The notes under the pieces are model-generated. The model was not told the DNA's origin. It saw nothing but the letters and a program-made list of their open reading frames with translations, and did not search any database. The translations under genes were made by a program, and so were the position numbers. 64,000 nt of DNA from Basidiobolus meristosporus CBS 931.73 (Eukaryota > Fungi > Basidiobolomycota): NCBI GenBank assembly GCA_002104905.1, contig MCFE01000083.1, positions 1 through 64,000 on the forward strand. The letters run 5' to 3'. This document shows positions 52,870 to 61,623 of this stretch, one piece after another; positions within the stretch are counted from its first letter, which is position 1, and each line of letters begins with the position of its first letter.

Positions 52870-54009
52870 TGATACAGAAGTTTGCATTTCCACATAAACA
52901 CTTACCTAGATTAGCCACTTAGATCATTACCTACAAATCTTAGAGAAGACTGTCCAAGTTCCTTGTTGGGATTTTCTTGGAATATTTTCACCAATTTATC
53001 AGCTACCCAAAACATGAAAATTCTCATAGTTGTGCAAACAGCCCTAAACTTGGCACACATGTTGTTAGGACCTTTATATATATACTCTAGGTGCTTGTTA
53101 TGTCAGGGCCTTGTAAAGTACATTTACTACTATACATTTAATAGCTCATCAAGTGAAAGCCATATAATGTACTTGATATCCCAATCACTTCTAGAACCTC
53201 CAAGACTCTTAAAACAGGTTATGAGCCCCAAGCTGTCACTCTCTGCAGTGAGCACTACTCTTATTACTCATATCTTTCCCTCTGCTCATAAGCAGGATGC
53301 ATCTAAGTACCAAGTGTGGAAGGTAGATGAAGATGCTGCTATAAGAAAGAGGCCCTTGGGATATTGCCATGGGAGCAGACTGCCCTCCTAACAATGTTGC
53401 AGATGTAGCCTTGAAGTACTAGACAAAAGTGCAAGGTGCCTTTAACTGTATAGGCCTTGATGTTACATACAAGTTACTAACTCAATGCGCAAGAGCAAAA
53501 CAGCAAAGAATGCCTGGAAGGCATTAAAAGATACCTACCCATCATGTTCAGCTGCCAAGAAAATGTACGTTAGATAAGAATTTGTAATTACAAAGATGCT
53601 GCCAGGTGGAAGAAATGAAAAATCAAATCAACAGATATACCCTGATGTCTGATGAGATAGAATCTGTGGGTGTACCAACCTCTGAAAAGGATGTGTTAGT
53701 CACCATCCTGAATAGCCTGACAGATGAGTCTCAGGGCCTTGTATCAGCCCTAGAGTTCACAATGAAGAACTGACCTTAAATTATACATATGGCGAGCTCT
53801 TGCACAAAGAATTGAGATTATCAAGCAACAAGCAGAAAGAAGAAGAAAATGCCTTAATAAGCAATGATATCCAACAAAGAAGGTATTCAAAAGCCTTGAA
53901 GGGCAGCAGAAAGCTTTTATGCAACTACTGCAAAAGAAAAGGAAACATACAACACTGGTGACTTGCAAATGGAGAAATTCAGTAAAAGAAGCCTGAATAC
54001 AGAAATGCA
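52870..54009 (+). mobile_element. Truncated Ty1/copia element: 5' LTR (family A, 52870-53216) + PBS + gag relic
   Basis: LTR is followed directly by GGTTATGAGCCC (53217-53228). Gag motifs YQVWKV, KTAKNAWKALKDTYP and VTILNSLTDESQGLVSALE. Confidence 0.85.
53217..53228 (+). promoter_or_regulatory. Primer-binding site of the half-tRNAiMet type (Ty5/copia-like)
   Basis: GGTTATGAGCCC directly 3' of the LTR end, matching the known Ty5/Drosophila copia PBS pattern GGTTATG(A/G)GCCC. Confidence 0.82.
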
Positions 54010-55330
54010 CCCTTTAAAAATTAATTTGGTTCTGCAGGTAGGTCTCAATTGGATCAGCCATCACAATTAAGCAATGAAGCAATCATAATGCTGGCAGCTT
54101 GGAATTATTGTCCCTTTTTACAATCATATGGTGTGATTGTGATAGTGTTTTGCTGATTTTACTGCTTTATAGGTCACTGAGCTTGACAGTGTTTGGATGG
54201 TTCAACAGAATTCATATCTTAATCTAATGGTCCTATTGCAGGATGCACTTATTTGAGCAGACCCTACTGGCCAGTAAATGCAAGTTCCATATGTGGAAAG
54301 AAACTTGATTGTATTTTGATGTCCTTGATGCAGACATCTATTAGCATTATAATAGCAGTACAATGGCCCATAGCCAGAGCTGTATGACTCTACCATACCA
54401 GTTTGTTAAATGATATAATGATACCTCATCTTGCACCATTTGTGTTTTCCATTGCAAAATCACCCCAATTTATTTGCTCACCCACTACTGCCATGTGTAT
54501 TCCACATATAGTTCAAATCAAAAAGAACTATGGCCCCCTACTTAATAAGCACTGCATACATGCACACCTGCAGTAATTCACACACTCAACATTACAGCTT
54601 TTCAGTGTCATACTAGCAAAGTGGCTATATACCTTGTACTGCTAGTAGCATATAAATATAACAAGCATATTATTAGTTGCCACCACTTTTGCTATTAATA
54701 CTTCTTGAACACCCACAAAATACTATCTGGTACTTAGCCCATATAATCCTTCTCCAAGTAGTACACTAGTTCCCGTTATAGGTGCACTTGAGTTCTTGCT
54801 AGTGTGAATCCCATATTGAAAGGTGTGAAAATTGGCTTATACTCAGTAGTTGCCCAGCTTACTTTGGTAAAGTAGTCCTAGTAGAAATTAGTAGCTTATT
54901 GCATCCAACTTACCCTTGCATTACTCAACCAATTACCCACACTCTGGGTTGCTTAGCTTAATGATGGCAAATGCATAGGGATCTCCACGTGCACATCTGT
55001 GTGCAGTACTCTTCAATTCTTCCTGGCTGTTGCACATATGCCAGCCCATCACATATGTGATAGACTTGAAGGTAACATTCTTCAGGAAATTAAGATATGA
55101 TGGCACTGGTATCTTGACTTGTCTTCCAATCTCTTTACACATCTGCCCAACAGAAAACTCCCAAAAGGTGATAGAGAGTCCAAAATTTTCTGCATAGCAG
55201 GTATGTCTCAGTATAAGAGATATTTTGGTCCTGCAGGTGGATCCAATCCAGCCCAGCTGTTGTGATCTGGTTACAAATCTGTCATAATACTGGCAGCTTG
55301 GAACTATTAGCTCTCTACACAATCTTATGG
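54010..55330 (-). mobile_element. Additional degenerate copies of the CACTA 3' arm (termini at 52456, 54010, ~55215)
   Basis: Recurrent CCCT(A/T)T(G/A)AAAA...TTTGGT(C/T)C(C/T)GCAGGT...CAAT...GATCAGCC motif; similarity to 55759-56960 over ~1.2 kb. Confidence 0.6.
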
Positions 55331-55331
55331 T

Positions 55332-55758
55332 TGTGTGGCTGGGTCATAATGATACTTACCAACAGATGTGCTTAGTCCCATATTCTCTACTACCCTTATG
55401 TTATATTTAGCCTATTTGTCTTATCTGATCAATGAGAGTCCATGAGCTGGCTGACTAGGACAACTGCTTTTCTCACTAGAAAGATTATTCCTCACTTTAT
55501 GTAACATTACTAGATGTAAAGCTTCTAAGTCAGGCAACTCCCTGTACCAGTGACTGTGAGATATGACCCACTTATTTTCCCAGCCTTACCATTCTCTTCC
55601 CATGTGTGGTACCTCAACATTACACAAATTTCAGAATCCTGATCCCTGGTTTGTTGGATATGCAGTACCTCTTTGAACATTCTCAGCCTGTTCAGATGTC
55701 ATTAAGATATCTTCTGACCTCTGGAATCTTCTAGAACACCATGACTAGTTATCACATA
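55332..55758. mobile_element. Partial, diverged family-B LTR (inverted relative to copies 1 and 2)
   Basis: Reverse-complement similarity to 48400-48858 (acagatgtgct, cctcactttatgtaa, ttctagaacaccatga). Confidence 0.6.
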
Positions 55759-57117
55759 CCCTATGAAAAATAATTTGGTCCCGCAGGTGGATCCAATCCA
55801 GATCAGCCATCAAGATCCCATTTAGACACCATTATAATAACAGCAGCTTGGAATTAGTGACCCTCCTAACAATCTTATGACAAGATCATGACGTTATTTT
55901 GCTAATTTTACAGCCAAATAAAGGGATAAACTTGACAATATTTATTTGTGCTGTGACAGTATTTGCATGGTATTGTTGCAATCTTTCAGTGCTCTATGAC
56001 TATTTTAAGTGAATCCAGTTGGCCAGGACATCCAATTACCTTAAATGGCAAGAAATTTGACTGTACTTTGACAGCCTCACAGCAAGACTCTGATGGCATT
56101 GTATTGGCAGTATGATGGCCTACCGCTGGTTTTGTATAATGCCACTGTACCAATATACCATATAGTACTTCCTTTTTCTACCTCCCCTTGTGCAATTCAT
56201 ATATTCCACTGTAGAATCACCTTTCTTTATTTGCTTACCCACCACCACCTTGGGTATTCCACATATAGTTTGAATAAAAAAAAACTATGGCCTCCTGCTT
56301 ACTAACCACTGCAAATGCACACACAGCTTTACAGCTTTTTAGTGTGATACTTGCAGAGTTGCCATATACCCTGTACTGCTGGTAACATGTACATCTGGCA
56401 AACATATGCTTAGTTGTTGCCACTTCTGCTATAAATACCTTCTGAATACTGGCAAAGAACTTTTTGTTATTTAGCTAATATATTTCTTCTGCCTGCTGGA
56501 TTCTAGTCCCCCTTGTAGGTGCGCTCTGGCTTTTACTTGTGTGAATTTGGTATTGAATGGTGTAGAAGTTAGCTTGTGACCACAAGAAATCCTGCATATC
56601 TTGGTGGAGTTTTCCTGATAAAAAATAGTTGCTTGTTGCACCCAACCCAACTTTGCATTACTTAACTGATTACCCACACATTGGGGCTGCTTAGCTTCTT
56701 AATGCCATAGGCATAGGTGACTCCATGTGCTCATTTGTCCTCAGTATTTTCCAACTCTTTCTGGCTGTTCTCCATGTGCCAACTCATCACATCCATGACA
56801 GACTTGAAGGTAATATTCTTGATGAGATTGGGATATAGTAGTACCTGCAACTTGACTTGTCTTCCTATCTCCCCACACATCCACTCCATAGGAAACTCCC
56901 AAAAGGTGAAGCAAGGTCCAATATTCTCAACTTACCAAGTGCAATGGAGTAGCAAATGAATTCAGTAGCGGCAGAGATCTACATGTTCAGCTTTATGTTT
57001 GTGGTATAGCTACTCAAATCCTGTCACAGACTCTTTACACAAAAGCTGCAGGTGCGTCAAGTTGGCATTGGTGATCCACTTCTGGATACATATTCCTACA
57101 ATGTTGACATATGACTC

Positions 57118-58080
57118 CCAATGCTTCCAATTTACACTTAGTAGAAATAGCTTCAGAAGGCCACTTGAATAAATACACATTCAGTTCATCCAGTCCTTGC
57201 ACTTGTATTGTTGCATATGCATATGAATGTTGATTGGAGCCTGTGAGAAGTACTTAGGGTAGTGGATACTCTGTAATATCTTGCCAATTCTTTCAAGTTT
57301 CTCCGGTATCTCAAGGGCTCATTTAGCTTGAAATGCCCCATGTACAACTTAGTTATCAGTATATATATAGGAATGTTGTTGAAAAGCAAATGCATTACTC
57401 CCAGTGGAAAGCTTTTACTTCAACAGATACCCTCTATCTTAAGTATCTCCCGTTTCTGATTAATTCATATTTTGGCCAATGGTGTATAGCTTGCCAACTT
57501 TGCAGCAATTACATGTTGACATCTGTATGCTCACTCTGTGGAATGATGATGTTCTTAGTGTTGGTGTTTGGGTAATAATAATGTGTATAACAATGTCCAC
57601 ATATGTCACCCAATGCTTCAATGTACTCTTGGTAGGAATGGCTTCAGGACACCACTGGAATAAATACATATCCAGTTCATCCAGTCTTTGCATTAGTATT
57701 GTTGCATATGTGTAAGAATATTAATTGGAGCGTGTGAGAAGTACTTAGGGTAGCAGATACTCCATAATATCTTGCCAATTCTTTCAAATTTCTCTGGTAT
57801 CTCAAAGGGCTCATTTAGCCTGAAATGCCCCATGTACTACTTGGTCATCAGTAAAGGGCTATTGTTGAAAAGCAAATGCATTGCTCCCAGTGGAAAGCTT
57901 TTGCTCCAACAGATACCCTCTATCTAAAGTGTCTCTGGTTTCCAATCGGTTCCATATTCTGGCCAATGGGGTATAGCTTGCCAACGTTGCTGCAATTGCA
58001 TGCTAACTTCTGTACATTCTCTCTGTGGAAAGATGATGTTCTTAGTGCTGGTATTTGGGTAATAATAATGTGTGTGAGTA
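57118..58080. repeat. ~490-bp tandem duplication inside the CACTA transposase relic
   Basis: 57118-57610 and 57611-58080 are collinear (caatgcttc...ccagttcatccagtc...gagaagtacttagggtag...gggtaataataatgtgt). Confidence 0.85.
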
Positions 58081-59116
58081 ATGGAGTAAATCACCTGGAT
58101 CTCACACATTCATCAGCAATACCATCCATTGTGCCCAGAAAAACCTGCTTTCTTGCTGATGGCTGGGGTATCTCCAATGCAGATAATAATATGCGCTTTA
58201 CATGACAGCCATTTACCATTATTTTGCTAGAAAGCAATCAAAATTCATCCAGCAATGGATACAGGCAGCCATCCAGGTTGGACAGTGATTTAGACCCAGA
58301 TACCAGTGAGACTACCATCATATTATTGCTCTGATACCATAAGATGGACAGCAGATTCAGATTGATAAGAATCAGTGACCAGCAGGATTTGCTGGTAGAG
58401 TACTTGTTTAATGAGAATTCATGAAGTGCTATAGCAAAGGCATGTTTGTGCATACCTTCAAAGTAGCCCTTGCTTCCTAGCTGTTTGTAATGTTTGCTAT
58501 AGAATATATTGGATATGTTTGCACTTGATTGATACTGAGTGCGGTATTGTATAGCTTTGCAATATTTGTCAGACTGCATCAGCTTTCACAGATGGTGTAT
58601 GACCGGTGTGGTGGTGTATAGGTCCAAGGGAGAGATATGTTCAACACTTCTCAAGTGTTTTGTGTGTGGGGTGTTCACTGGGTGCAATAACCTCTGGCAA
58701 AAGCTTGCTAGGAATACTTGGGTTCTGTCTCTAATCTAATGTGTAGGGGAATAAAGCCACAAGCTTGTCCAGGGAAAACTATTGAGCTACAATCCCCGAC
58801 CTAGTTGGCGTCTTAACAAAAGTATGTGCTGGGTTCAGCATCCTTTGAGATGACAATGTACTAAAGCTTCCAGAGTCAAAACAACTGTAAACTCCTCCAG
58901 CAGGGACTTGATAAGAATGCAGCTGTGGTCAATAGACTTGTTCCGTTGGATAGTGCCACATAGTGCCAGCCTGTTTATAGTGCCGGATTGATCTGGCACT
59001 CTATGGCACTATCTGGCACTATAATTTCTACCATGATGCCAGTGGTATGATACAGTTACTGGTAATTTTACTCAATCTTACTTATGTTGCTCAGAATAGT
59101 GCTTTCCTTGCTTTAT

Positions 59117-60001
59117 TTACTCTTCATAATGCTCCAGACACATTTCTCTCAGTGGATGTCTTCTTGTATGAACATACTGTGCATTAATAAGTATCTTAAC
59201 TATTTTACCTATTCTGCTGTTTTCTCCTATATATGACTTTCCTCTGTATTTACCTGCCAATATGCTGAATCTCTTCAGATATCCAAATGTGTGCTCTACC
59301 CTTACTCTGAAATGATTAAATATCTCATTGTAGAGCTTCTGCTTCCTGCTAAGCACACCATTCCTTGGCTTCCTATAAGCTGTAATACATCCTAATCTCT
59401 GGCAATCCTCTCCTATATAGGCTAAGTCTGCCATACATTTCTCCCCTCTACTGAATTCAGGATGATTCTCTACCCTGAGTGGTTTGTCATGCCTACTTCC
59501 AGCAAATGGCCCACTAAACCAGATGATATTACCCTCAATGTCAGACAGTGCTTGAAACTTCACACAGTGTGCCTTGTACTTGCCAGAATAAAAGTGCCTC
59601 TGCCCTCTAGAAGGTCTGTTAATCCTCACTGGGAAGGTATCCAAAATACTCCTTATATGGAACCTGTTGCTGAACACTCTGGGATATGGAAGTCTATTGG
59701 AGCTTCTGAACCTAGTATTCCAAGCTTGCTCTAAGTCATTCATACCCTCTGCAAGGTGGTTCTCCATTGCTGTCAGCTGGGAATGAAAGCTTCTAGGACT
59801 TTTGTTGCCATGGATGGTGGGATGAAACCTTGTGGGGCAATAGTTCTTGTAATAGCAGAGAAGCTTAACAAGGGATCTCCTTGAATAGATTGGGGTTGAT
59901 GGTCCACAGTACTTGGTATAGATCTCCTCCAGTGTGTCAAAAGGAAATCCAGTAGTAGTGATGGGATTGATGAGAAAAGACCATTCAGATGAGTAAGTCA
60001 T
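59117..60001 (-). CDS. DDE transposase, IS5/PIF-Harbinger (DDE_Tnp_4-like), 294 aa, intact
   Basis: ILDTF (D1), YSGKYKAHCVKFQAL, FSGPFAGSRHD, MADLAYIG (D2), YRKPRNGVLS, FRVRVEHTFGYLK (E). Confidence 0.9.
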   Translation of the reverse strand: MTYSSEWSFLINPITTTGFPFDTLEEIYTKYCGPSTPIYSRRSLVKLLCYYKNYCPTRFHPTIHGNKSPRSFHSQLTAMENHLAEGMNDLEQAWNTRFRSSNRLPYPRVFSNRFHIRSILDTFPVRINRPSRGQRHFYSGKYKAHCVKFQALSDIEGNIIWFSGPFAGSRHDKPLRVENHPEFSRGEKCMADLAYIGEDCQRLGCITAYRKPRNGVLSRKQKLYNEIFNHFRVRVEHTFGYLKRFSILAGKYRGKSYIGENSRIGKIVKILINAQYVHTRRHPLREMCLEHYEE

Positions 60002-60360
60002 ATTAAAATTGATGGATGATTGTATGGAGGCGGTATGAATCGATTCGGCGCGATCTGCGTTATTTATCTGATTTTTAACACATTTTGGTTAAATCTCCAT
60101 CAATTGCCATGTATCCCATCATTATGTCGCAAAAATCATCCGCAAACAATGCCTTGGTACTTCTATTGATGGTTTAATCATAGGTCTATAATCAAATAGG
60201 AAATCTGCGATTGATGTGATCTGATCCGTGTCAACGCGATCCGAGATGCATCATGCATAATATATGGAAAATTCAACAATCACTTTAGTTTTCATATATA
60301 TTTCATATAAGACCAGGTTGATGCCAATATACTGCTGTATAAGTATCCAAATCCGTTGCT

Positions 60361-61623
60361 ATGGTCCCCATACCAAGCCTCAACTCATCTTTAGTACAAC
60401 CCAGACAAAACCCATCCCCCAGCTCACAAGCGCGGTCCGGACCGGAAAAGTCGATGTCGGATCCGTTCAAGTTCTCGCCAAATGATTTTAGTATGGCCCA
60501 AGTGTCTATGATGAGCCTTCATACAGATATTTGGGCACTACTGATTAATCTAGCAGAACTAGATACCTCAGAGAGTCAACAAAGATGGAAGAATTTGAGT
60601 AGAAAGCTGTGGCATGAGTTCTACATCAAGATGCCAGCCGATGTATGTAAAAAGATATATAACAAGACAAGTATTGAAATCAAGAATGAGCTGAGAGTGA
60701 GGGGATTTGACGAAGAAGCCATGCAGGAACGATTTCGCGCGCAATTTGCACAGTACGGGCCGGACGCGTCCGTTTGTGCCTCAACTTTGGGAACCAAAGA
60801 GATTTTGAATGAGTTTTTGCCTCAAATGACTAATGTACTACGTGATATATTAGTAGAGCTAAGTGGCTTCCGAGAGCAATATACACAGGACTCATCCAGG
60901 CAACAGCTCCAAAGTATCAGACAGAGGGTAAGTGAATACCTTGAGGAATCAGATGGTGAGCTTCAGGAGGAAGAATACAGACCGCGAGCAACATTGTCCA
61001 GATTGCGCCAGCACGCCTTGCTGGATTCCCTACCATCTCTTGCAACCACAGCGCGCCGGCGCACGTCAGTCCAGAGTACGCCAACACCCTTTACCAGAAT
61101 GCCCCGCGTCAAGTCAACGCGCATTGAGCCAACCCGCGTCGGGTCAACGCGCGCGCTTCAGAGCAAAACTACGAGAACTTGCCAAACTGCTCATTTAGAC
61201 ACGAGTCCATTGGAGCGGACCGAGTCGCGTCAACATGCAGCATCACATCAAACTCAGCCAAGGGCCATCTCAACGCGTCAAGGCGCGCCTGCGCGTGCCG
61301 TCTTGCCTGACCATCAGCGAGTTACTTCTGGTGAACTGACTGATGATGACCAACATGAAGTGCCTCAACCACCGGAGCCTTTGGCAAGTAAAAGAACGCG
61401 TCAGCGCGTGGCACTACAGGCCGGTTCAGTTAGTTCAGTCGGAGCGATTCAGCGCGGCCAAGCTGCAGCATTGCACTCATCAACTAGGAGGCAAAATACT
61501 GACTACAAATACACAAGTAGCCAAGATGATAGTCAGCCAGGAAGTAGTATAGGTGTGCAAAGTGAGTCACTACCAAATGCTTCAGTAGTAATCCCTGTGA
61601 GAAAAAAACCCAGGAGAAGATGA
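60361..61623 (+). CDS. Transposon ORF2 (likely start ATG 60454): N-terminal Myb/SANT-like helical region + long disordered Arg/Ser/Gln-rich tail
   Basis: Open 420-aa frame inside the TIRs, divergent from the transposase. RWKNLSRKLWHEFYIKMPADVCKKIYNK resembles the W..l...L......qC..K pattern of Myb/MADF domains; C-terminal RKKPRRR is NLS-like. Confidence 0.7.
   Translation: MVPIPSLNSSLVQPRQNPSPSSQARSGPEKSMSDPFKFSPNDFSMAQVSMMSLHTDIWALLINLAELDTSESQQRWKNLSRKLWHEFYIKMPADVCKKIYNKTSIEIKNELRVRGFDEEAMQERFRAQFAQYGPDASVCASTLGTKEILNEFLPQMTNVLRDILVELSGFREQYTQDSSRQQLQSIRQRVSEYLEESDGELQEEEYRPRATLSRLRQHALLDSLPSLATTARRRTSVQSTPTPFTRMPRVKSTRIEPTRVGSTRALQSKTTRTCQTAHLDTSPLERTESRQHAASHQTQPRAISTRQGAPARAVLPDHQRVTSGELTDDDQHEVPQPPEPLASKRTRQRVALQAGSVSSVGAIQRGQAAALHSSTRRQNTDYKYTSSQDDSQPGSSIGVQSESLPNASVVIPVRKKPRRR

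Noticed and set aside
55759-55775. CCCT terminus suggesting piggyBac
   Set aside because: No TTAA target site at any copy, and the linked transposase motifs are CACTA/tnp2-type.
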